From NCBI GenBank assembly GCA_965224245.1, contig CBDCYW010000011.1:1-13778 (forward strand): 13,778 nt of DNA, in the 5' to 3' direction. This document shows positions 1 through 8,165 of this stretch, in pieces; position 1 is the first letter of the stretch; each line of letters starts with the position of its first letter. Source of the DNA: Candidatus Eiseniibacteriota bacterium (GTDB lineage: Bacteria > Eisenbacteria > RBG-16-71-46 > CAZAMP01). The translations under genes and the position numbers were made by a program. Below the pieces are notes generated by a model. It was not told the origin of the DNA. It worked only from the letters and a program-made list of their open reading frames with translations, and did no database searches.

Positions 1-2717
1 ATGTCCTTTCGGATCTTGATGAGTGCCTCGATGACTGCGGCCGAGTCGATGAGCCGGTTGTGGTACTTCTGGAGCGTCTCTTCGAGCATCTCCCGGAAGG
101 ACCGGGCTCGGGCAACGTTGTTCCGTGTCCTGAGCTTGATGGCGTCCCGGACGAGCTGCTCGAGGAGCTTAAGGCGAAGGTTCTCATGCGGCCTGTTCTT
201 GAAGGTCTGAAGGAACCCCTCATCGAGGATCGAGATGTCCGGCTTCTCGATCCCTGCGGCGCTGAAGATGTCGACCACGCCGGCGGTGTCCACGGTGTCG
301 TCGACGAGGTCCCGGACTGCACGGTCGAGCTCGCGCCGCGGCACGCTCTTTCCGGGGAGTGCTTTCGAGATCTGCTTCCGGACCCGCTGGTAGAAGATCA
401 CTTCGTCCGCGTGTTTCCGGCAGTCGTCGAGGTGCTTCACGAGAAGGAATGCGGAGGTGAGCCGTAGCTCGGCCTGGAGGAAGTGCGAGCGGAGCTCGTC
501 GTCCTCCGCGATGTGGCCATAAGCGAGCGCGTAGAGGTCCTCCATCTCGATTCGGCTCATGGTGCGCCACCCGGCGTAGTCCCCGCCCTCAGGCATGAGG
601 GCACGGACCTGCTCGAGGCACTCGAAGAAAAGCGGCCGGGCCGTGTCCTCGATGTCGGGTGCGGGCTCGCCGGAGCCGCCGCCCTTCGTGTAGCGGCTCG
701 TGGCTTCCTTCAGCTCATCGGCGATCCCGATGTAGTCCACAACGAGCCCATGGGGCTTGTCGCGGAAGACCCGGTTCACGCGGGAAATCGCTTGGATCAT
801 GCTGTGCCCGCGCATGGGCTTATCGACGTAAAGCGTGTGGAGACAAGGGATGTCAGTACCGGTGAGCCACATGTCGCAGACGATGACGATCTGGAGCGGG
901 TCCTCGTGGTCGATGAGACGCTGCTTGATGGCGTCCCGCTGGGCCTTGGTCGTGAGGTGCCCAGCTTCGCTCCATTCCGGGGGGTCCTCCGAGAGGTTCC
1001 CGGTCATGATGACCTTGACCTCGGGGCAGTTGGGGAGGGCCGTGAGTGCTTCGTAGAGCCTGACGCAGTTCTCCCGCGTCATGCAGACCACCATGGCTTT
1101 GCCCTTCAGGGTCTCGGTGCGGTCGAGGAAGTGAGCGAGGAGGTCCTCGGCGAGGTCGGCAAGTCGCTCCTTGGTGCCGGCCGCCCGGGCGAGTGCTGCC
1201 CAGCGGCTCTTTCGGCGCTCGAGCTCCGAGGGGTCATGCCCTTCGGCGAGCTCCGCAAGCGCGCCGTCGACGTCGGCTTGCTTCAAGTGGAGCTTCACCT
1301 GCCTTGCTGAGTAGTAGATCGGCACCGTGGCGCCGTCGTCCTGGGACTGCTTGATATCGTAGGTGTGGATCTGGTCCCCGAAGACCTCGTACGTGTCCGC
1401 AGCGCTGAAAGAGATGGGGGTCGCGGTGAACCCAAGGCGGCGTGCGTTCGGGAGAGCGTCTGCGAGGTAGCGTGCGTAGCCCTCTTTGAAGCCGTACTGC
1501 GAGCGGTGGGCCTCGTCGGCAATGATGAGGATATTGTCCCGCTCGGAAAGGACGGGGTGGGTGACCTCGCCCTCGTCGGTCTTAAGACGGAACTTCTCGA
1601 TGGTCGTGAAGATGACCTCCCCGCCTTCGGTCTTGAGGAGCTCCCGGAGGTCGTCCGTGCTCTCAGCCTGCTTCACCTCCCCGACGAGCGCCCGGGCAGC
1701 CACGAACTGGTCGTGGAGCTGGTCGTCCAGATCGGTCCGGTCGACCTGGATGACGAAAGAGGGATTCCCAAGGGTCTTCTCGCGCCGGAGAATCCCCACG
1801 AGGAAGAGCATGGAGAGCGACTTCCCGGAGCCTGTCGTGTGCCAGATGACACCCACCCGCTTGTCGCCCCCGTTTGTCATGGTGTCGAGGGTCTTCTCGA
1901 CGGCGAGGCGGACCGCAAAGTACTGGTGGTAGCGGGCTCCCTTCTTCGTGATGACGCCCTTCACCTCTTCGAAGACGATGAAGTTCCGGATGTACTCAAG
2001 GAGCCGGTCCTTCCGGAAGAGACCCTCGACAAGCGTCTTCATGGTTCCGGTGGTTGTCGGTTCGATGGCGAAGCCGTCGATGGAGACCCACGGCGCAAAC
2101 CACTCCATGGAGGAGGTCCACATGCCGTGGAGAGTCGTCACCCCGTCGGAAACGACGGTGATGGCGTTGTAGTCAAAGATCTGCGGGATGTCGTTCCGGT
2201 AGTGCTGGATCTGGTTGAAGGCGTCGTCGACGGTCGGCTTCTCCGAGTAGGGGTTCTTGAGCTCGAAGAGGACAAGGGGGAGCCCATTCACGAAGATGAT
2301 GACGTCCGGCCGGCGGTCATTCTGGGGGCCTCGGATAGGGAGCTGGTTCACGACAGCGATGTCGTTGTTCTGGGGGGCGTCCCAATCGACGGCGTAGATG
2401 TGTTCGTGGGTGACCCGGCCATCGGGAAGCTCGACCCGGAGCTCGAGGCCGCGGGTGAGAATGCGGTGGAAGTTCATGTTCCGGCGGAGTGTGTCGGCGC
2501 CCTCGGGGCGGGCGAACTGCCGGACGGCGTCGTCGAGTGCGGCCTCGGGAAGGTCGGGATAGCGACGGGTTAGGTAGGTTCGCAGGGTGGGGCGGAGGAC
2601 CACTTCTTCGTGGTCGCGCGCCATCTCCTCGCCGTGCTCGTAGCGGTAAGCAAGGAGCTCGAGGCGCTCGATGGTCGTCAGCTCGAACTCGGTCTCAGTT
2701 CCTCGTTCGCGGCCCAT
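1..2717 (-). CDS. hsdR: Type I restriction enzyme R subunit (3' end truncated by window edge)
   Basis: Not in the ORF track because it has no stop inside the window. Manual translation from ATG at 2717 (2 nt after the hsdS stop) gives MGRERGTETEFELTTIERL..., with nuclease motif RPDVIIFVNGLPLVLFELKN, Walker A WHTTGSGKS, DEAH box (IIADEAHRSQY), GFTATP, DMWLTGTD and QAISRVNR. The frame is open to position 1. Confidence 0.96.
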   Translation of the reverse strand, partial: MGRERGTETEFELTTIERLELLAYRYEHGEEMARDHEEVVLRPTLRTYLTRRYPDLPEAALDDAVRQFARPEGADTLRRNMNFHRILTRGLELRVELPDGRVTHEHIYAVDWDAPQNNDIAVVNQLPIRGPQNDRRPDVIIFVNGLPLVLFELKNPYSEKPTVDDAFNQIQHYRNDIPQIFDYNAITVVSDGVTTLHGMWTSSMEWFAPWVSIDGFAIEPTTTGTMKTLVEGLFRKDRLLEYIRNFIVFEEVKGVITKKGARYHQYFAVRLAVEKTLDTMTNGGDKRVGVIWHTTGSGKSLSMLFLVGILRREKTLGNPSFVIQVDRTDLDDQLHDQFVAARALVGEVKQAESTDDLRELLKTEGGEVIFTTIEKFRLKTDEGEVTHPVLSERDNILIIADEAHRSQYGFKEGYARYLADALPNARRLGFTATPISFSAADTYEVFGDQIHTYDIKQSQDDGATVPIYYSARQVKLHLKQADVDGALAELAEGHDPSELERRKSRWAALARAAGTKERLADLAEDLLAHFLDRTETLKGKAMVVCMTRENCVRLYEALTALPNCPEVKVIMTGNLSEDPPEWSEAGHLTTKAQRDAIKQRLIDHEDPLQIVIVCDMWLTGTDIPCLHTLYVDKPMRGHSMIQAISRVNRVFRDKPHGLVVDYIGIADELKEATSRYTKGGGSGEPAPDIEDTARPLFFECLEQVRALMPEGGDYAGWRTMSRIEMEDLYALAYGHIAEDDELRSHFLQAELRLTSAFLLVKHLDDCRKHADEVIFYQRVRKQISKALPGKSVPRRELDRAVRDLVDDTVDTAGVVDIFSAAGIEKPDISILDEGFLQTFKNRPHENLRLKLLEQLVRDAIKLRTRNNVARARSFREMLEETLQKYHNRLIDSAAVIEALIKIRKD

Positions 2718-2719
2718 GC

Positions 2720-4045
2720 TCAGACGGCCTCCTCAACGAGGTTTTCGGCCTGGCGGACCCGGATATCGCCGGAGAGAAGGCGCGGAAGTAAAGTCCTGTG
2801 AAGCGCCGTCAGGGTGCGCGTTTCCGCGGCGTGGGTTGCGAAGCAGTCCTCAACGCGACGTGCAACGCGAGTGAGATGGACCCGGATTCGATCGGGGGGA
2901 ATCGCGAAAGCGTACCGGGCCATGTCATGCCATGATGTTCGGGGTTGGCGTGTCCCCCCAGCCGTCCCGTCAGCGTAGTCCACGAACTCTCGGCTTGAGA
3001 GCGTGCCAAGCAAGAGTCCAAAGTCGTGTTCCTGCTTGGCGGCGACAACCACAACGTCGGTGGAACAGATCCCGTCACAGAGAGCTACGCCGACCTTGTG
3101 GAAGTACGGACGCAGCTTGCCGAACAGTACTTCTCCACGCCGGAACTCCCACTTGGCGCTAGTGACTGCGGCTGCCTCGCCCCAAGCGTCCAGCACGATA
3201 GATCCCTTGGGTAGATGCTCCAAGCCAATGTATGGCGTACTGGGCACGACCGCGGTGGGGTCCGCCTTGCGCCGCGGGTTATCGGCGATGTCTCCGACAG
3301 TACCCGGTTCCCACCCAGCCGGCACGGGCCCGAGCGTGGAGTCCTCGAAGCGATCGGGGAACAGCGCCGCCACCTCGTCAGTCAGGTGGGGGGGGCGGCG
3401 ACCCTCGCTCTTCGCTACGACAGGGTCGAAGTCTACGAACCAGGACCGGAAAATGGCTTGGCACGTCGTTTCGAGTGTCTCGTTAAGCTGCCGATTGGCC
3501 TCGATCTTGTCGTCCAGGGCTCCGAGTACGGACGCAATCGCGCGCTGTGTGGTGATCGGAGGGACGACGACGGGTAACTGGCGTTGTGCTGTGATGCCAA
3601 GGTACGCTCGCGTCGATCCTGAGTTTGCCCAGGCGTCGAATAGAGCTTGGAAGTCGTACGAGTCGAAATAGATACGAAGATAGCTCGGATTGAGGAACTC
3701 GTGGTCCAGCACACGGTAGTACGTAACCTGCGGTGTGAGTACAAGATAGTCTTCCGGTATCTCTCCGACAATGGCTGTGCGCCCAATGGTTCCTTTGTGA
3801 GAGATCAGCACGTCTCCAGTCCTGGCAAACCCCTTGCGGAGCCCCTCGGCTTGCTCAGGAGAAATTCGAGCACATCCGCGAAGGTCTACTCTTCCGCCCT
3901 TGAGGTCGGATGCCATGATGAATGGCACCCCGGTGGGGACAAAGTCGCTGGCCTTGGGATGTATTTCTCCATGGTTGCCGTCCATCGGTGGAGCGAGCAC
4001 ACCCTGGTCAACAAGCTGCTGGACGGTATAGGTAGAATCACTCAA
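2720..4045 (-). CDS. hsdS: Type I RM specificity subunit (two TRDs)
   Basis: 441 aa. TTG start overlaps the hsdM stop by 8 nt, with GAGGT upstream. Typical central conserved region PPITTQRAIASVLGALDDKIEANRQLNETLE...FPDRFEDSTLGPVPAGW and C-terminal LLPRLLSGDIRV. Lies between hsdM and hsdR. Confidence 0.96.
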   Translation of the reverse strand: MSDSTYTVQQLVDQGVLAPPMDGNHGEIHPKASDFVPTGVPFIMASDLKGGRVDLRGCARISPEQAEGLRKGFARTGDVLISHKGTIGRTAIVGEIPEDYLVLTPQVTYYRVLDHEFLNPSYLRIYFDSYDFQALFDAWANSGSTRAYLGITAQRQLPVVVPPITTQRAIASVLGALDDKIEANRQLNETLETTCQAIFRSWFVDFDPVVAKSEGRRPPHLTDEVAALFPDRFEDSTLGPVPAGWEPGTVGDIADNPRRKADPTAVVPSTPYIGLEHLPKGSIVLDAWGEAAAVTSAKWEFRRGEVLFGKLRPYFHKVGVALCDGICSTDVVVVAAKQEHDFGLLLGTLSSREFVDYADGTAGGTRQPRTSWHDMARYAFAIPPDRIRVHLTRVARRVEDCFATHAAETRTLTALHRTLLPRLLSGDIRVRQAENLVEEAV

Positions 4046-5651
4046 CGGTCGTTACCTCACCAAGTAATCTGCGGACCTCGGACTCGAGCCGGCGAGCATT
4101 GGTGAACTGTTCCTCGAGGCGCGTGAGAAGGACAGGGAAGCGCTCCTCAAAGGGATCGTCATCGTCGAGCGCCTCCTCGTTGCCGACGTAGCGTCCGGGC
4201 GTGAGAGCAAATCGGTGCTCGGCGATATCGTCGCGACTGGCTACCGAGGCAAAACCAAGAACTGCCTCTGGCACCTGCTCGTGCCTGAATGTTCTATAGA
4301 CGGCTGCGATTCGCTGGATTTCCTCGGGGGAGAGCGCCTTCTGTTTCCGCGAGCCCTCGATCAGGGTTCCCAGCTTGCGGCCGTCAATGAAGAGAACCTC
4401 GCCGTTACGTTTGCGATATCCGTGCGACCCGCCCCGATTCTTTGAAAGGAACCAAAGGGCACAAGGTATCTGAGTGTTCGCGAATAGCTGTCCGGAAAGC
4501 TGAACTACGCAGTCGACGCAGTCTGCGTCTAGCAGGGCTCTTCGAACGGCGAGGCGCGCGGTCTCCCCGTTCGAGAGCTCACCGGTCGCCATGACGAAGC
4601 CGGCCGTGCCGCCGTCCTTTAGGTGATGGAGAAAGTGAAGCATCCACATCGTGTTGGCATTGCGTGGCGCAAGCGGCATGCGTTCGTCCCCAATCCGGAG
4701 ACGGGGGTCCTTGTCCACGATGCGATCAGCACCCCAGCCCTCACTGCTCCTGGAGCCATCGTTGAAAGGCGGATTCGCGAGAATGTAGTCGGCTTGGAGG
4801 TCCGGGTGCTTGTCGTCGAAGTAGGAGTTCCCAGGCTCAATCTTGCCGTCGATGCCATGGATGAACATGTTCATCCGGCAAAGCCGGTAGGTGAAGTCGA
4901 TGCCCTCCTGGCCATAGAAGGAGAGGCGCCGATTGTGCTTCGTGAAGGCATCCGACTGAACGAACATGCCTCCGGATCCGCAGCAAGGATCGAACACGAC
5001 GCCCCGTTCGGGCTCGAGCATGGCGACGAGGAGGCGCACGATGCTGAGGGGCGTGTAGTACTGGCCACCTCGCTTCCCTTCTGAAGAAGCGAACTCCCCG
5101 ATGAAGTACTCGTAGACCCGGCCGATGAGGTCCTCACCTCCGTGGTCGTCTTTGAATGCGTCACGAGAGAAGAGGTTGATGAGGCCAGTCACGTTCTCTT
5201 TGGCGAGGTTCGAGCCAGCGTAGATCTTCGGAAACAATCCACGTAGGCGCTCCGGGTAGGCGTCTTCGAGGAGCTCCAGGATGTTGTCGAGCCGGATCTT
5301 GATGTCGTCGGCCTGGGCGTGCTTTCGAATGTTGTCCCAGCGGGCCTGCTCCGGGACGATGAAGGCACCGGCGCTTCGGTACTCATCCGGGTCCTCGAGG
5401 GCGTCGGGGTCCCCGTAGTAGTCGCTCTTCGGCTCCCGGACCAGGCCTTCGAGCTGGGAGCGCCGGCGTTCGTAGCGGAGGGAGAGGAAGCGAAGAAAGA
5501 TGAGGGGCAGCACGTAGCGCTTGTAGTCGGACGTGTCGATGGTGCCCCGGAGGTTCACCGCTGCTTCCCAGAGCTCCTTCAGGAGATCTGCGATGCCGTT
5601 GGACTTCGGGGTCTTCTTTCCTGCCTTCTTGGTGGTCTTTTTCTTCGCCAT
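4038..5651 (-). CDS. hsdM: Type I RM N6-adenine methyltransferase subunit
   Basis: 537 aa. N-terminal LWEAAVNLRG...YKRYVLPLIFLRFLS, then GQYYTP, SAM-binding FDPCCGSGGMF, catalytic ANPPFN, LFANTQIP and LTPGRYVG. GGAG upstream of the ATG. Confidence 0.97.
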   Translation of the reverse strand: MAKKKTTKKAGKKTPKSNGIADLLKELWEAAVNLRGTIDTSDYKRYVLPLIFLRFLSLRYERRRSQLEGLVREPKSDYYGDPDALEDPDEYRSAGAFIVPEQARWDNIRKHAQADDIKIRLDNILELLEDAYPERLRGLFPKIYAGSNLAKENVTGLINLFSRDAFKDDHGGEDLIGRVYEYFIGEFASSEGKRGGQYYTPLSIVRLLVAMLEPERGVVFDPCCGSGGMFVQSDAFTKHNRRLSFYGQEGIDFTYRLCRMNMFIHGIDGKIEPGNSYFDDKHPDLQADYILANPPFNDGSRSSEGWGADRIVDKDPRLRIGDERMPLAPRNANTMWMLHFLHHLKDGGTAGFVMATGELSNGETARLAVRRALLDADCVDCVVQLSGQLFANTQIPCALWFLSKNRGGSHGYRKRNGEVLFIDGRKLGTLIEGSRKQKALSPEEIQRIAAVYRTFRHEQVPEAVLGFASVASRDDIAEHRFALTPGRYVGNEEALDDDDPFEERFPVLLTRLEEQFTNARRLESEVRRLLGEVTTVE

Positions 5652-5718
5652 GCGGCGGCGTCTCCATTCCTAGGCGGTTTCGTATACCCACCGATTTAGA
5701 ACCACTTCGGCGTGATCG

Positions 5719-6826
5719 TCAAACTGGAACATCATGTGAGGCGCTCTCCTTCGTGGTACGTCTGCGCTTGTCGTAAATCTGGGTGGTGGTTACGTGCCGG
5801 TGGCCGAGAAGCTCCTGTACCTTCGTGATGTCCACGCCGGCATCGAGGAGAAGTGTTGCCGTCGTCGCCCGTAGGGAGTGCGGGGTGTAGACCCGCCAGC
5901 GGGTAGTGACTTCGACCGAGCCGTCGAGCTCTTTCGTCTCCTTCATCGCACCCGGGAGCTGGTCGAGGTAGCCCTGGACGATCCGGTACATGGAGGCGGG
6001 GGAGATGCGCTTCTTCCCAAGCTTCTCGCTCCTAGGGTTCAGCCGGGCGCGGAAGAGCGGCCCGTGCTCGATGCCGGCGACATCCATGTACTCCCGGATT
6101 GCCTCGGCCGCGGCGAAGTGAATCCCGATGGTCCGGTGCCGGTTGCCCTTCTCGTTCAGGCGAAGTGTGGCCTCCTCGCCGTCCGCGTGGAAGTCCGAGA
6201 CGTTGAGGCGGCAGCCTGTCCCGAGCCTGATTCCTGTATAGATGAAAATCTTCAGAATCGCCCGGTCCCTGGAAGGAATTGGGCCTTCGCCTCCGGGCAA
6301 CCCCATGAGCTGGCGGGCCCCGGGTGGCGGTGAGCGCTCGGCGTTCGTAGATCGGGTCCTGGGCGGCGCGGCTCACGAACTGCGCGTGGGCAGGGTTTGG
6401 GACGGTGATGGGCAGCCTGAGCTCGGCGGCGGCGCCGGCGAGGTACTTGAAGAAGCTCGAGACGGAGGAAACCCGGCGGTTCATGGTCTTCGGGGCGAGC
6501 TCGAGCTCGGCCATGTCGTCCCGCCAGGCGAGGACGTCGCCGACTGTGACCTGGAGCATCCGGAAGGACTCGTCCGGCCACCGGAACCCATCTGGCCACC
6601 GGCGCCCGAGGAACTCAACGAGGCTCATGACGTCCCGGCGGTACGCGCGCTGGGTGTGCGGGCTCTGGCGCCGGTGAACCCACTTCTCGAAGATGTCGGA
6701 GACCGACAGGTAGAAGCCTTCGACTCGCCGGCGGACTTCGGGGGTGTCCCGGCCGGCGAGGATCGGGGGCAACTCCTGGGCACTTCGGATAGCTGGCAAA
6801 CGGTCTGACAAGCGGTTCTCCCCCAT
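5719..6826 (-). pseudogene. Tyrosine recombinase (XerC/XerD/phage-integrase family) with a +1 frameshift at ~6318-6321; true pseudogene or sequencing error
   Basis: The upstream frame (from 6826) encodes the N-terminal SAM-like domain (QSPHTQRAYRRD...APKTMNRRVSSVSSFFKYL...NP). The downstream frame (ending 5719) has the catalytic set RDRAIL...TGIR, EKG, HSLRAT, LGH, TTQIY. Deleting one base of the CCCC run at 6318-6321 joins them as ...RALTATRARQLMGLP..., about 368 aa. Confidence 0.9.
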
Positions 6827-6842
6827 CGGTTTTTTCGGCTCC

Positions 6843-6878
6843 GACTATGCTTGATAACAAATTTTATCACTCACAGTC
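6843..6878. promoter_or_regulatory. Putative tyrosine-recombinase core site / autoregulatory operator (dif/loxP-like palindrome)
   Basis: GACTATGCTTGATAA-CAAATT-TTATCACTCACAGTC: 15-bp arms matching 12/15 as an inverted repeat around a 6-bp asymmetric spacer. It sits 16 bp upstream of the recombinase ATG and overlaps a minus-strand TTGACT (-35-like, 6875-6880). Confidence 0.7.
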
Positions 6879-6919
6879 AAGGCGGTGGGAGAGGCCCCAA
6901 GAAAAGCCATCGTTGGTGG

Positions 6920-6958
6920 AAAAAAACGGGGACCTCGACTTGAAGCCGTGGTCCCCGT
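6920..6958 (-). terminator. Intrinsic terminator downstream of the HTH-TPR gene
   Basis: Minus strand reads ACGGGGACCACGGC-TTCAA-GTCGAGGTCCCCGT followed by a T6 run: a GC-rich stem plus U-tract. Confidence 0.85.
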
Positions 6959-6959
6959 C

Positions 6960-7025
6960 GGAAGAGCCAGAGTCTCTATCGGAGTCAGTTCTTCCTTCGG
7001 CTCTTCCAGGAAGAAGGAGTCTCTA
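6960..7025. repeat. Interleaved inverted and direct repeats between the regulator stop codon and the terminator
   Basis: Inverted repeat GGAAGAGCC (6960-6968) / GGCTCTTCC (6999-7007) with a 30-bp spacer; inverted repeat TTCTTCCT (6989-6996) / AGGAAGAA (7008-7015); direct repeat GAGTCTCTA (6970-6978 and 7017-7025). Confidence 0.7.
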
Positions 7026-8165
7026 GTTGCAGGACTTGGCGAGAGCGGTCGACGTTCCGCCGTCCAGGAGCATCATGCCCATGGCGGCGAGTGCGACGAC
7101 AAAGACGAGGACAATCGTCGGGTGCTCTCCGAGGAAGAGCATGGCCTTGTAAACGAGGTTGCGGAAACCGAACTTTTCGGCCGCTTCCTTAGCCTTGCGC
7201 GCCAGGTCCTTGTCGTCGGTGAGGTCGGCCAGAAAGTAGGTCGACCAGGCGAAGGTCTCCGGGTCGAGCAGCTCGTTCGGGCGCGACGGATTCTGGCCAG
7301 GGCCGTACTTCTCGATGAGTTCTTTGAGCACCTTCTCGTCCTTCTTGGCATTGGCCAGGTACATGGAAATCCAGTCCGCGAGGTTGTGGTTCCCCAGCTC
7401 CGCGTAGGCCTTGCGGCCCGCCCTGAGGTTTCTGGCGGCTTTCACCAGCTCACCACGTTCCGCCTGAACACGGCCACGAACGAAGTACGCGTGTGCGCGC
7501 ACCTCGGGGAGCAAATCCTTGGGACGCTTGAGGAGGCTGTCGGTCAGGGCTTCGGCGATGTCGGCCCGGTGGAGCTCGAGATGCAGCTCGGCGAGGTTGA
7601 CTGTCACCTTGGCGCGAATCTCCCTCGCTTCGACGGAGTTATCACCATTGAGGAACGAGAGAGCGTTGTGGAAGTGAGCCTCGGCCGGACTAGCGAAGCG
7701 GTTGCCGACCTCGAAAATCCCGAGGTCCTTGGCCCGATTCCCCATGAGGAGCGCCGCGTATGCCTTCTCGAGAGGGGTCTTGGCGAGCTGCTCGAGTGCC
7801 CGGAGGATGTACCAAGCATCTCGGGAGAGGCCCGCATCCATCTGGCTCTTGGCCTTAGCCTTTGCCGACTCGAAGGACGGGAGGTTCAACTTCGCTGCGA
7901 AGTCGATATCGTGGGTCCCGCCCAGGATGCAGTTCCACAAGAAGCGCTCCTCCTCCGGGTACATGCCCGGAGAGACGACGCGGAGCCAATTGGCAAGCGT
8001 CCGGAGTCGTGGGCTCCGGGTCCCGTTCTCCATCTGCGACAGGAACCCCTGACTCACCCCCATCGCGTCTGCGACGGTCGTCTGGAGGGCGCCCTGGCTC
8101 TCCAGGTTGATGCGAGCCTTCTTGAGCGTCCCGCCAGCCTGTTCGTTCCAGATGACCTCGTGCAT
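7023..8165 (-). CDS. XRE-family HTH + TPR-like helical-repeat regulator with a C-terminal hydrophobic, signal-peptide-like tail
   Basis: 380 aa, with strong SD AGGAGGT before the ATG. HTH: LQTTVADAMGVSQGFLSQMENGTRSPRLRTL. TPR-like helices: AKVTVNLAELHLELHRADIAEAL and AHAYFVRGRVQAERGELVKAARNLRAGRKAYAELGN. C-terminus: TIVLVFVVALAAMGMMLLDGGTSTALAKSCN. Confidence 0.85.
   Translation of the reverse strand: MHEVIWNEQAGGTLKKARINLESQGALQTTVADAMGVSQGFLSQMENGTRSPRLRTLANWLRVVSPGMYPEEERFLWNCILGGTHDIDFAAKLNLPSFESAKAKAKSQMDAGLSRDAWYILRALEQLAKTPLEKAYAALLMGNRAKDLGIFEVGNRFASPAEAHFHNALSFLNGDNSVEAREIRAKVTVNLAELHLELHRADIAEALTDSLLKRPKDLLPEVRAHAYFVRGRVQAERGELVKAARNLRAGRKAYAELGNHNLADWISMYLANAKKDEKVLKELIEKYGPGQNPSRPNELLDPETFAWSTYFLADLTDDKDLARKAKEAAEKFGFRNLVYKAMLFLGEHPTIVLVFVVALAAMGMMLLDGGTSTALAKSCN

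Noticed and set aside
60-2573. Long plus-strand ORFs 60-467, 483-1310 and 1365-2573
   Set aside because: All lie in the codon-aligned antisense frame of hsdR. They are shadow ORFs caused by high-GC codon bias and have no recognisable motifs.
6032-6317. C-terminal ~95 aa of the 264-aa ORF (GPPAHGVARRRR...)
   Set aside because: Out-of-frame read-through after the frameshift; the catalytic domain is in the other frame.
2720-6826. Phase-variable hsdS shuffling driven by the adjacent recombinase
   Set aside because: Only one hsdS is visible, with no silent TRD copies or flanking inverted repeats. Cannot be excluded beyond the window.
6913-6958. tRNA/tmRNA 3'-end-like att remnant (minus strand ...TTCAAGTC...TCCACCA)
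   Set aside because: Spacing and pairing do not fit a T-arm plus acceptor stem; the sequence is explained by the terminator.
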